64,000 nucleotides of DNA from Rhodobacterales bacterium (GTDB lineage: Bacteria; Pseudomonadota; Alphaproteobacteria; Rhodobacterales; Rhodobacteraceae). Location of the stretch: the NCBI GenBank assembly GCA_031426185.1, contig JANPKV010000389.1:29393-93392 (forward strand), written 5' to 3'. The notes under the pieces were generated by a model. That model searched no databases. It saw only the letters and a program-made list of their open reading frames with translations, and was not told the DNA's origin. Shown here in pieces: positions 1 to 8,326 of this stretch (the stretch's first letter is position 1; every line of letters begins with the position of its first letter). Both the position numbers and the translations under genes were made by a program.

Positions 1-114
1 CTCGGACGGCTCGAACTTGTTCAGATCGACGCTCAGCTTGCCAGTCTGCGCCGTGGATGCAACCGGGGCGAGTGCAACGGCGACAAAGAGCGGTAGCAAA
101 AGGCGAACACTCAT
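1..114 (-). CDS. N-terminus of a secreted/periplasmic protein (gene runs off the left edge)
   Basis: Minus-strand ATG at 114 reads MSVRLLLPLFVAVALAPVASTAQTGKLSVDLNKFEPSE. This is a Sec-type signal peptide with no lipobox Cys. Divergent from tssA. Confidence 0.5.
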   Translation of the reverse strand, partial: MSVRLLLPLFVAVALAPVASTAQTGKLSVDLNKFEPSE

Positions 115-342
115 GATTTTGAACTGCCTCATTCCGGGCGCCCTCCAGCCATCCACGATGCGTAAGGTGATGCCAACATCCCGGATCGGTCAAGCCTGCA
201 TTTCCTTTGGAAGAACGCAGTTGCCAGCGATTCAAACAGTAGATTTGTGTGCGGGTTATGCTAACCTTCCGCAAGCTCAGGGGAGGGTGCTGTTGCAGCC
301 TCCATCGCGCTATGGGCTTAGAATTTCCTTATCGGTGTAAAA

Positions 343-1356
343 ATGCACTTGGATGACTATTGGACGGAACGAAGCATTGCCGGACCGAGTGGCGAGAATT
401 TGGAGTACGATCCCAGCTATGTCGCATTGTTTCTTGCGGCCCAGCCCAAGGAAGAGCGTCAGGCCGGCAAGGAGATCATAGCCGGAGAAGACCCGAATTT
501 TAAGGATGTGACGGAAAAGGCGTTGGCTGTGCTTGAGCGCAGCCATGACTTGCGGGTTGCGATGGTCCTGGCGCGGGCCCAGCTTAGCCTCGCGGGTTTT
601 GAGGGTCTGGTGGGGCCGGTGGCCTACATGCGGACCTGCCTCGAGACATTCTGGGATTCCTGCCATCCGATCCTTGATCCGGATGATGACAACGATCCCA
701 CGATGCGGATCAATGCGGTCGCCGGGCTTGCGGGGGCCGATATGCTGCGCCGCCTGCGCCTTGCCGCAATCACCGACAGTCCCACGTTCGGCCGGATGAA
801 CCTGCGCGACGTCGCCATCGTCGACGGCGAAATGCCGGTTCCGGAAGGTATGACGAATGCGCCGGACAGGGCAAAGCTGTCGGCGGCCTTCATGGACACC
901 AAGCCTGATGTGCTGAAGGCCCGCCTTGCCGCAGTAAGGCAGCTGATCACCGAAACCGGCGCGCTGGCGGCGGTGTTTGCGGAACGCACGCCTGGTGGTG
1001 ACGGTCCCGACCTTGATCCGTTGCTCCGGCTGCTGAAACGGGCTGCGAAAGTGCTTGCCGAGGCAATCGGCGAACCCGAGGTCGACACCATGTCAGATGT
1101 TCAAGCCGAGCCGGGGCAGGTGGCGACGGCTGCTGCGGCCCCCGTATCTGTGCCAGGGGCGATCAACTCGCCCGTGGATGTCCGAATGGCCCTTGACCGG
1201 ATCATCGAATACTACGCCAAATCCGAGCCTTCCAGCCCGCTGCCGCTTCTGTTGCAGCGCGCGCGCCGGCTGGTCGGGGCCGATTTCATGACGATCATGA
1301 AGGACATCGCCCCTTCGGGCATAGACAACGTCAAGACAATCAGCGGCCCCGAATAA
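343..1356 (+). CDS. tssA: T6SS protein TssA (ImpA N-terminal domain family, short TssA1-like form)
   Basis: 337 aa. The N-terminal block GPSGENLEYDPSYVALFLAAQPKEE...HDLRVAMVLARAQL fits the ImpA_N pattern. Heads the tssBC-hcp block. Confidence 0.85.
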   Translation: MHLDDYWTERSIAGPSGENLEYDPSYVALFLAAQPKEERQAGKEIIAGEDPNFKDVTEKALAVLERSHDLRVAMVLARAQLSLAGFEGLVGPVAYMRTCLETFWDSCHPILDPDDDNDPTMRINAVAGLAGADMLRRLRLAAITDSPTFGRMNLRDVAIVDGEMPVPEGMTNAPDRAKLSAAFMDTKPDVLKARLAAVRQLITETGALAAVFAERTPGGDGPDLDPLLRLLKRAAKVLAEAIGEPEVDTMSDVQAEPGQVATAAAAPVSVPGAINSPVDVRMALDRIIEYYAKSEPSSPLPLLLQRARRLVGADFMTIMKDIAPSGIDNVKTISGPE

Positions 1357-1422
1357 TCTGAGAATATAGCGCTGCCCGCTGGCAAGCGCGATCGATCGAG
1401 TCAACGTCAAAAGGAGACAGGG

Positions 1423-1929
1423 ATGGCCAGTTCACAAAAGTTCATTGCGCGCAATCGCGCGCCCCGGGTGCAGATAGAATACGATGTTGAGCTTTACGGT
1501 GCCGAGAAGAAAGTCCAGCTGCCTTTCGTGATGGGGGTCATGGCCGACCTTGCCGGCAAATCCGAAGTGGCGCAGCCCGGCATCGCAGACCGCAAATTCC
1601 TGGAAATCGACGTCGATAACTTCGACAGCCGGATGAAGGCGATGAAGCCGCGCGTGGCATTTCAGGTGCCCAACACGCTGACCGGTGAAGGCAACATGTC
1701 GGTCGACATCTCGTTCGAGAGCATGGACGACTTTTCTCCGGGCGCGATTGCGGCAAAGGTGCCGGCGCTGAAGGCGCTTCTGGACGCGCGCAACCAGCTG
1801 TCGAACCTGATCACCTACATGGATGGCAAGCCCGGTGCGGAAGAGCTGATTGCCAAGGCGATGGCGGACCCTGCCTTGCTGGCCTCGCTCGCAGCTGCCC
1901 CAGCACCCACCCAAGACGGAGAGGCATGA
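1423..1929 (+). CDS. tssB: T6SS contractile sheath small subunit TssB (VipA/ImpB)
   Basis: 168 aa. RAPRVQIEYDVELYGAEKKVQLPFVMGVMADL is the canonical TssB N-terminus. GGAG lies just upstream of the ATG. Confidence 0.95.
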   Translation: MASSQKFIARNRAPRVQIEYDVELYGAEKKVQLPFVMGVMADLAGKSEVAQPGIADRKFLEIDVDNFDSRMKAMKPRVAFQVPNTLTGEGNMSVDISFESMDDFSPGAIAAKVPALKALLDARNQLSNLITYMDGKPGAEELIAKAMADPALLASLAAAPAPTQDGEA

Positions 1930-1932
1930 TCC

Positions 1933-3420
1933 ATGGCCGAACAGGAAAAACAAGCCGGAGCCGGTGAAACGACTTTTGCTGACAGTGACTTTGCCAGTCT
2001 GCTGTCGAAAGAATTCCGCCCGCGCACCGATGATGCCAAATCCGCCGTGCAAACGGCTGTGCAGACACTCGCGCAACAGGCGTTGGCAAACACTGCGCTG
2101 ATTTCTGACGATGTGGTCCATTCGGTGCAGTCGATGGTCGCCGAGATCGACCGCAAGCTGTCGGACCAGATCAACAAGATCATCCACCACGCCGACTATC
2201 AGCAACTGGAAAGCGCCTGGCGTGGTCTCCATTATCTGGTCAACAACACTGAAACCGACGAGATGCTGAAGATCCGCGTGATGGCGATCTCCAAAAAGGA
2301 CCTCGCCAAGACACTCAAGAAGTTCAAGGGCGCAGCCTGGGACCAGTCGCCGATCTTCAAAAAGCTGTATGGCGAGGAGTTCGACGTGCTGGGCGGCGAG
2401 CCTTATGGTTGTCTGGTGGGCGATTACCACTTCAACCAGACCGGCCCGGACGTGGAACTGCTGGGAGAGATGGCCAAGATCGCCGCTGCGGCGCATGCGC
2501 CCTTCATCACCGGTGCCGACCCCTCGCTGATGCAGTTCGAAAGCTGGCAGGAACTGTCAAACCCCCGTGATCTGACCAAGATCATGAACACGCCCGAATA
2601 TGCCGCCTGGAAAAGCCTGCGTGAAAGCGAAGACAGCAAGTATATCGGCTTGGCGATGCCCCGCTTCCTTGCCCGGCGTCCCTATGGGGCCAAGTCCGAT
2701 CCCGTCGAGGCGTTCGCCTTCGAGGAAAACACCGGCAACGCCGAGTCGGAGAACTTCTCGTGGGCCAATGCGGCTTACGGGATGGCCACCAACATTACCC
2801 GGTCGTTCAAGGAGTATGGCTGGTGCAGCCGGATCCGCGGGGTAGAGTCCGGCGGCACCCTGTCTGGCCTGCCGACGCATACCTTCCCGACCGATGATGG
2901 CGGCGTGGACATGAAATGCCCGACCGAGATTGCCATCGGTGACCGGCGCGAGGCGGAACTGGCCAAGAACGGCCTGATGCCGCTGGTTCACCGCAAGAAT
3001 ACCGACATGGCCAGTTTCATCGGCGCGCAATCGCTGCACAAGCCGGCGGAGTATGACGACCCTGACGCAACGGCCAACGCAAATCTCGCCGCGCGTCTGC
3101 CGTACCTTTTTGCGACCTGCCGCTTTGCACACTATCTGAAATGCATGGTGCGCGACAAAGTCGGTTCCTACAAAAGCCGCGACGAGATGCAGCGCTGGTT
3201 GAAGAAGTGGATCGACCAGTACGTCGACTACACTGCTGCCCATTCCAGCGAAGCCGAAAAGGCACGCAAACCCCTGGCTGCAGCCGATGTCATCATCGAA
3301 GAAGATGAGTCCAATCCCGGCTACTATTCGTCCAAGTTCTTTTTGCGGCCACATTATCAGTTGGAGGGGCTGTCGGTTTCGCTGCGTCTCGTGTCAAAAC
3401 TTCCGGCGGAAAAGAAATAA
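1933..3420 (+). CDS. tssC: T6SS contractile sheath large subunit TssC (VipB/ImpC)
   Basis: 495 aa, starting 4 nt after the tssB stop. Typical TssC length and motifs (e.g. ADYQQLESAWRGLHYLV, FLRPHYQLEG near the C-terminus). Confidence 0.95.
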   Translation: MAEQEKQAGAGETTFADSDFASLLSKEFRPRTDDAKSAVQTAVQTLAQQALANTALISDDVVHSVQSMVAEIDRKLSDQINKIIHHADYQQLESAWRGLHYLVNNTETDEMLKIRVMAISKKDLAKTLKKFKGAAWDQSPIFKKLYGEEFDVLGGEPYGCLVGDYHFNQTGPDVELLGEMAKIAAAAHAPFITGADPSLMQFESWQELSNPRDLTKIMNTPEYAAWKSLRESEDSKYIGLAMPRFLARRPYGAKSDPVEAFAFEENTGNAESENFSWANAAYGMATNITRSFKEYGWCSRIRGVESGGTLSGLPTHTFPTDDGGVDMKCPTEIAIGDRREAELAKNGLMPLVHRKNTDMASFIGAQSLHKPAEYDDPDATANANLAARLPYLFATCRFAHYLKCMVRDKVGSYKSRDEMQRWLKKWIDQYVDYTAAHSSEAEKARKPLAAADVIIEEDESNPGYYSSKFFLRPHYQLEGLSVSLRLVSKLPAEKK

Positions 3421-3426
3421 CAACGG

Positions 3427-3462
3427 GCCGGGCATGTTGACAGCGCGTGCCCGGCACCTTTT
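3427..3462 (+). terminator. Stem-loop plus short T-run between tssC and hcp (attenuator or weak intrinsic terminator)
   Basis: gccgggca (3427-3434) pairs with tgcccggc (3448-3455) and is followed by accTTTTgg. Confidence 0.35.
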
Positions 3463-3507
3463 GGATTGCAACCGCCCTTCAGGGCATTAAACACACAGGA
3501 GAAGACA

Positions 3508-3999
3508 ATGGCTCTCGATATGTTCCTCGTCATTAAAGGTGAAATTAGCGGAGAGACTCAAGACAAGGTTTACAAGCCTCTGAAGGGTATCGATATTTTG
3601 GCTTGGTCTTGGGGCATGTCACAGTCGGGCAGCTTCCACTCGGGAGGGGGCGGCGGCGCCGGAAAGGCAAGCTTCCAAGACATTTCGGTTACCAAATGGA
3701 TTGATAAGTCGTCGCCGATCCTCATGCTTTACTGCGCGAACGGTGACCACTTCGAAGAAGCAATGCTGGTTGTCCGCAAAGCTGGAAAAACCCCGCTGGA
3801 GTATCTCAAGATCACCATGAAAAAGGTCCTGATCACCTCCGTGTCCACCGGCGGTTCGGGTGGTGAAGACAAGTTGACGGAAAACGTCTCGTTCAATTTT
3901 GCCGACGTCATTGTCGACTACATTGAACAGAAGGATGACGGGTCCGAAGGCGATAAGCCCTCGTTCAAGTGGAATATTGCCGAGAACGCGGCCGCGTAA
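3508..3999 (+). CDS. hcp: T6SS tube protein Hcp (TssD), Hcp1-like
   Basis: ATG at 3508 is preceded by AGGAGAAG. MALDMFLVIKGEISGE...LAWSWGMSQSGSFHSGGGGGAGK...VSTGGSGGEDKLTENV resembles P. aeruginosa Hcp1 as I recall it. The upstream part of the 3466 ORF is probably not translated. Confidence 0.95.
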   Translation: MALDMFLVIKGEISGETQDKVYKPLKGIDILAWSWGMSQSGSFHSGGGGGAGKASFQDISVTKWIDKSSPILMLYCANGDHFEEAMLVVRKAGKTPLEYLKITMKKVLITSVSTGGSGGEDKLTENVSFNFADVIVDYIEQKDDGSEGDKPSFKWNIAENAAA

Positions 4000-4020
4000 A
4001 AGCGCAGTTTTCCGACTCTC

Positions 4021-4049
4021 GGATGCCGTCCTTTTTTGCGGCGGCATCC
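4021..4049 (+). promoter_or_regulatory. Stem-loop immediately downstream of hcp (mRNA-stabilising or attenuating hairpin)
   Basis: ggatgccg (4021-4028) pairs with cggcatcc (4042-4049) around a T-rich loop. No trailing U-tract, so it is not a canonical terminator. Confidence 0.3.
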
Positions 4050-4080
4050 GAGGCCCCCTCTTCCTTGCTGGAGATTGCCC

Positions 4081-4890
4081 GTGACCGCGTCCGCACATCA
4101 GCTTTTGAAAGCCAACGATCTGGACGGCGCTTTGGCCGCCTTGCAGGCGCAGGTGCGGGCGAACCCGGCGGATGCCAAACTCCGTATCTTCCTGTTTCAG
4201 CTTCTGTGCGTGATGGGAGACTGGAAGCGCGCCATCACACAGCTGAAGCTGTGCGCAGAGCTTGACCCTGCCGCGATGACGATGGCCCAGACCTACCGCG
4301 AGGCGATCATTTGCGAGGTCTACCGTGAAAAGGTTTTCGCAGGCGAAAAAGCACCGTTGATCTTTGGCGAGCCCCAGGAATGGCTGGCCCTGTTGATCGA
4401 GGCCGTCAAGGCACTGGCGCAGGGCCGGGCAGAAGAGGCCGCCGCCTTGCGTGCGCGTGCCTTCGACGCCGCCCCCGCCACCACCGGAGAAATTGACGAC
4501 CAGCGATTTGAATGGATTGCCGACGCCGATCTGCGGCTCGGCCCGGTCCTTGAGATCATCATCAACGGCAAGTATTACTGGATGCCCTTCGCGGCTATCG
4601 ACACATTGCGATGTGACCCGCCCGTGGACCTGCGCGATGCGGTCTGGACGGCGGCCAGTGTCACCTTGCGCAACGGCGGCGAGTTCGTGGCGCTGATCCC
4701 GACCCGCTATGTCGGGACCACCGCGACGACACATGCGGCGGCAAAGCTGGCCCGCGCGACGGAATGGACCGATGTCGGGGCCGAAACCTTCGTGGGCACG
4801 GGACAGCGCCTGCTCGCCACGGATGCGGGCGACGTTGCCCTGATGGACCTGCGGGTCCTGCGGATGGACGCGGCGGACGTTGGCGCGTGA
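4081..4890 (+). CDS. tagJ: T6SS accessory protein TagJ (ImpE family, TPR-like N-terminus)
   Basis: GTG at 4081 has GGAG 7 nt upstream. The TTG at 4036 lies inside the hairpin. ImpE-type blocks are present: LLCVMGDWKRAITQL, FEWIADADLRLGPVLEIIINGKYYWMPF, PVDLRDAVW. Confidence 0.85.
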   Translation: MTASAHQLLKANDLDGALAALQAQVRANPADAKLRIFLFQLLCVMGDWKRAITQLKLCAELDPAAMTMAQTYREAIICEVYREKVFAGEKAPLIFGEPQEWLALLIEAVKALAQGRAEEAAALRARAFDAAPATTGEIDDQRFEWIADADLRLGPVLEIIINGKYYWMPFAAIDTLRCDPPVDLRDAVWTAASVTLRNGGEFVALIPTRYVGTTATTHAAAKLARATEWTDVGAETFVGTGQRLLATDAGDVALMDLRVLRMDAADVGA

Positions 4891-4913
4891 CCATGCAGAT
4901 GGGGCGGACCTGA

Positions 4914-5411
4914 ATGGCTGACAAGACCATCGCCGAACGTTTGCAGCCGTCGCTGCTGGACCGGCTTACCGACGAGTCGCCGGAGTCGGCGTCGGAACGC
5001 AAGGATGACCGCGTGATCGACCTGCGTCGCCTGCGCGAGATCATCCTGCGCGACCTGTCTTGGCTCTTGAACAGCAGCAACAGCGAGTCGACCTTTGACG
5101 TCGACCGGTATCCCAACGTTGCGAAATCCGTGCTGAATTACGGCGTGCGCGAGGTGTCGGGGGTTTTTTCGACAACCGACCGCGCGCTGATGATCCGTAC
5201 CTCGATTGCCGAAGCGATCACCCAGTTCGAGCCTCGGATCAAGCCGGGCACGCTGGATGTCGGCTTGCACACCGAAGAGCGCAAGTCCCAGTCCATGGTG
5301 GTGTTCGACATCCGGGCCGACATGTGGGCCCAGCCCCTGCCGATGGAGCTGTATCTGCGCACAGAAGTGGACGTGACTACCGGCCAAGTCGCGCTGGAAC
5401 GAAAAGGCTAG
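4914..5411 (+). CDS. tssE: T6SS baseplate protein TssE (gp25/GPW-like)
   Basis: 165 aa. LQPSLLDRLTDE...LRRLREIILRDLSWLLNS is the typical TssE N-terminus. Confidence 0.9.
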   Translation: MADKTIAERLQPSLLDRLTDESPESASERKDDRVIDLRRLREIILRDLSWLLNSSNSESTFDVDRYPNVAKSVLNYGVREVSGVFSTTDRALMIRTSIAEAITQFEPRIKPGTLDVGLHTEERKSQSMVVFDIRADMWAQPLPMELYLRTEVDVTTGQVALERKG

Positions 5412-5414
5412 CGC

Positions 5415-7298
5415 ATGGATACCCGCCTGCTCCGCCACTACGAAAGCGAGCTGTCCTACCTGCGCGAGATGGGGGCAGAGTTTGCACAAACCTTTCCCAA
5501 GATCGCGGCCCGGCTGGGTATGGACGGCGTGGAGGTTCTGGACCCCTATATCGAACGGCTGCTGGAGGGGGTGGCGTTCTTGTCGGCGCGGGTCCAGCTG
5601 GAACTGGAGCTGCAGCATCCGAACTTTACCAGCCAGTTGCTGGAAATCGTCTATCCGCATTACCTGACGCCCACGCCGTCAATGATGGTGGCGGCAGTGA
5701 TCCCCGACATGGCCAACCCTGCGCTGGCAGACGGGTTTGTCCTGCCGCGTCACACCACGATCCGGTCGGCGCTGACGGTCGGGCTGCAGACACCCTGCCA
5801 GTTCCGCACCGCGCATGACCTGACGCTGTGGCCGATCGAGATCGCCGAGGCCGAATATATCGACGGACGGGGCGCACTGGTCGCGGCCGGAGTGGCAATC
5901 GGGGCGAGCGATGCGCGCGCGGCGATCCGGCTCCGCCTTAGGCGGCCGGGTGACGCGCCGATCGGCGCGCTGCCGCTGGACCGCCTGACGCTGTTTCTGG
6001 GCGGCCAATCCGCCAAGGGCTGGCAATTGCATGAGCTTCTTTGCACCGATGTGGCGGGCTTGGTAGCCCGGTCGACCGACCGGCGGGCCGACTGGGTGCA
6101 GCCATTGCGCGGCAGGGTGGAACAGAAGGGCTTTGCCGCATCGGAGGCACTTTTGCCCACCCCACGCCAATCCTTCGACGGCTACCGGCTGTTGCAGGAA
6201 TATTTCGCCATGCCCGAACGTTTCCACTTCGTCGATCTGACCGGTCTGTCGGGTGCTTTGGCGCGGGCCGTGGGGTCCGACGTGGACATCTACATCCTGC
6301 TGCGCAAGGGCAGGGCGGAGATGGCGTCCGGCATCACGACGGATGCCTTCACGCTGCATGCCGTGCCCGCGATCAACTTGTTCGAAAAACGCTGCGACCG
6401 GGTCCTGATGAGCGATGCCGATACCGAACATCACATTGTTGCCGACCGGACCGCGCCGCTGGATTTCGAGGTCCACAGCCTGCTCTCGCTGGTAGGCATC
6501 AGCGAGGAAGGCGAGGACGACCGCGAGTTCCGGCCGTTCTTTTCGGCCGACGACTTCACCGCCGCAGGCTCAAGCCACAACGCCTACTTTACCATCAGCC
6601 GCAAGATGCGGCAGCGTACCGAACGCGAGCGTCTGCACGGCGCGCGCACCAGCTATCTGGGGTCCGAGCTGTTCGTGTCGCTGGTCGATCCGAGCAATGC
6701 CCCGTTTGCCGCAGGCATCCGCCAGCTTGCAGCGCGCGCGATGGTCAGCAACCGTGACCTGCCGCTCTTGCTTGCGACGGGCGCGAAGGACATGTTCCAT
6801 CTTCCTGACGGAGGCCCGGTCCTGGGGGTCCGAACCCCCGTCACGCCGACCCGCCCGCGCCCGACATTGGCGCAGGGCGATGCGGCTTGGCGGATCATCG
6901 GACATCTGAGCCTGAATTACCTGTCCATCGCCGATACCGGTGCGGCCGTCGGTTCGGGCGCGGCCGCCTTGCGGGAACTGGTCACACTCTATACCCCGAT
7001 GGCGGACCGGGCGATGGAAAAGCAGGTCGAAGGCATCCATGCCGTGGCCAGCCGCCCCATCGTGCGCCGCATCAGCGACGATCTGCTGTCGACCGCGGTG
7101 CGTGGGCTGGAGATCCGGCTGACCATGGACGAATCCGCCTTTGAGGGCGCAGGCTGCTATCTGCTCGGCGCCGTCCTGGAACAGTTCTTCCGGCGCTATG
7201 CCACTCTGAACAGCTTTACCGAAACCGTCCTTGCCACCCAGCAGAGAGGAGACATTGCCAGATGGCTACCGGAGACCGGACTGGGGCGGATGATCTGA
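5415..7298 (+). CDS. tssF: T6SS baseplate protein TssF (ImpG)
   Basis: 627 aa. MDTRLLRHYESELSYLREMGAEFAQTFPKIAARLG is the canonical TssF start. Confidence 0.95.
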   Translation: MDTRLLRHYESELSYLREMGAEFAQTFPKIAARLGMDGVEVLDPYIERLLEGVAFLSARVQLELELQHPNFTSQLLEIVYPHYLTPTPSMMVAAVIPDMANPALADGFVLPRHTTIRSALTVGLQTPCQFRTAHDLTLWPIEIAEAEYIDGRGALVAAGVAIGASDARAAIRLRLRRPGDAPIGALPLDRLTLFLGGQSAKGWQLHELLCTDVAGLVARSTDRRADWVQPLRGRVEQKGFAASEALLPTPRQSFDGYRLLQEYFAMPERFHFVDLTGLSGALARAVGSDVDIYILLRKGRAEMASGITTDAFTLHAVPAINLFEKRCDRVLMSDADTEHHIVADRTAPLDFEVHSLLSLVGISEEGEDDREFRPFFSADDFTAAGSSHNAYFTISRKMRQRTERERLHGARTSYLGSELFVSLVDPSNAPFAAGIRQLAARAMVSNRDLPLLLATGAKDMFHLPDGGPVLGVRTPVTPTRPRPTLAQGDAAWRIIGHLSLNYLSIADTGAAVGSGAAALRELVTLYTPMADRAMEKQVEGIHAVASRPIVRRISDDLLSTAVRGLEIRLTMDESAFEGAGCYLLGAVLEQFFRRYATLNSFTETVLATQQRGDIARWLPETGLGRMI

Positions 7299-8326
7299 CG
7301 CAATACGACCGGTTCTGTCAGACCCCTCAGGCATTCCACATCTTTCAGGCGCTTCGCGTTCTCGAAGCCCGATTTTCGGATGCGCCGCTCTTGGGCAGTT
7401 CCAAGCGCCCGCTGGAAGATCGTATCCGGCTGGGACAAGAGGCCGAGTTGGCGTTCGAGCGCACGACAATCCGCGATTTCACCCCGCCCGGCGCCAAGCC
7501 GGGGGTGCTGACCAACCGGTTTTTCGGGCTGTTCGGCCCGAACGGACCCCTGCCGACGCACCTGACGGAATACGCCCGCGACCGGGCGATCAATGGCCGT
7601 GACCCGACGTTTCTCGCTTTTGCCAACATGCTGACCCACCGCATGATGAGCCTGCTGTACCGGGCTTGGGCGACCGGGCAACCCAGCGCCAGTTATGACC
7701 GGGGGGCAGGGGGGCGGTTCGAGGGCAAGGTCGCCGCCTTCGCAGGCGCTGCGGGCAAAAGCCTGCGCGACCGGGATGCGATGCCTGACGCCGCACGCAG
7801 CCATTTTGCCGCCCATCTGTCCGCTGGCCCCCGGCATGCCGACGGGCTGGTCGCGATGGTGCAGGCGTTCTTTCGTGCGCCGGTCAACTTGCAGCAATTC
7901 GTGGGATCGTGGCTCGATCTGGAACCGGGAGACCGCTGGCAACTTGGCGCGGCGGCCGGTCTTGGCCGGGCCACCAGCATCGGGGAACGCGTCTGGAGCC
8001 GCAGCGCCAAGTTCCGTTTGCGCATCGGCCCCTTGAACCTTGCGGAATATCAGCGCCTGTTGCCCGGATCGCCGTCGGTTGAAAGACTGACCTCCGTAGT
8101 GCGGTCCTATGTGGGCGACGCGCTGGACTGGGACGTCAATGTCGTTCTGCGCGGCGATCAGGTCCCCCGCGCCGTGCTGGGCGGTGACACGCGACTGGGC
8201 CAGACCAGCTGGATCGGGCGCCGCGATCCGTCCCGGCCTGCCGCCGATCTTTTTCTTTCTCCGCAGTATCATTCAGAAACGGTCGTGTCGGCATCGCCGG
8301 GCACGGCGCAGCAAAGGACACTCTGA
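7262..8326 (+). CDS. tssG: T6SS baseplate protein TssG (ImpH)
   Basis: 354 aa. FHIFQALRVLEA motif. Overlaps the tssF 3' end by 37 nt. Confidence 0.9.
   Translation: MATGDRTGADDLTQYDRFCQTPQAFHIFQALRVLEARFSDAPLLGSSKRPLEDRIRLGQEAELAFERTTIRDFTPPGAKPGVLTNRFFGLFGPNGPLPTHLTEYARDRAINGRDPTFLAFANMLTHRMMSLLYRAWATGQPSASYDRGAGGRFEGKVAAFAGAAGKSLRDRDAMPDAARSHFAAHLSAGPRHADGLVAMVQAFFRAPVNLQQFVGSWLDLEPGDRWQLGAAAGLGRATSIGERVWSRSAKFRLRIGPLNLAEYQRLLPGSPSVERLTSVVRSYVGDALDWDVNVVLRGDQVPRAVLGGDTRLGQTSWIGRRDPSRPAADLFLSPQYHSETVVSASPGTAQQRTL

Noticed and set aside
205-226. Possible sigma-54 promoter upstream of tssA (cTGGaagaacgcagTTGCc)
   Set aside because: The distance from the first G of the GG (209) to the G of the GC (223) is 14 nt, against 12 nt in the TGGCAC-N5-TTGC consensus. 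The -24 element is also degenerate.
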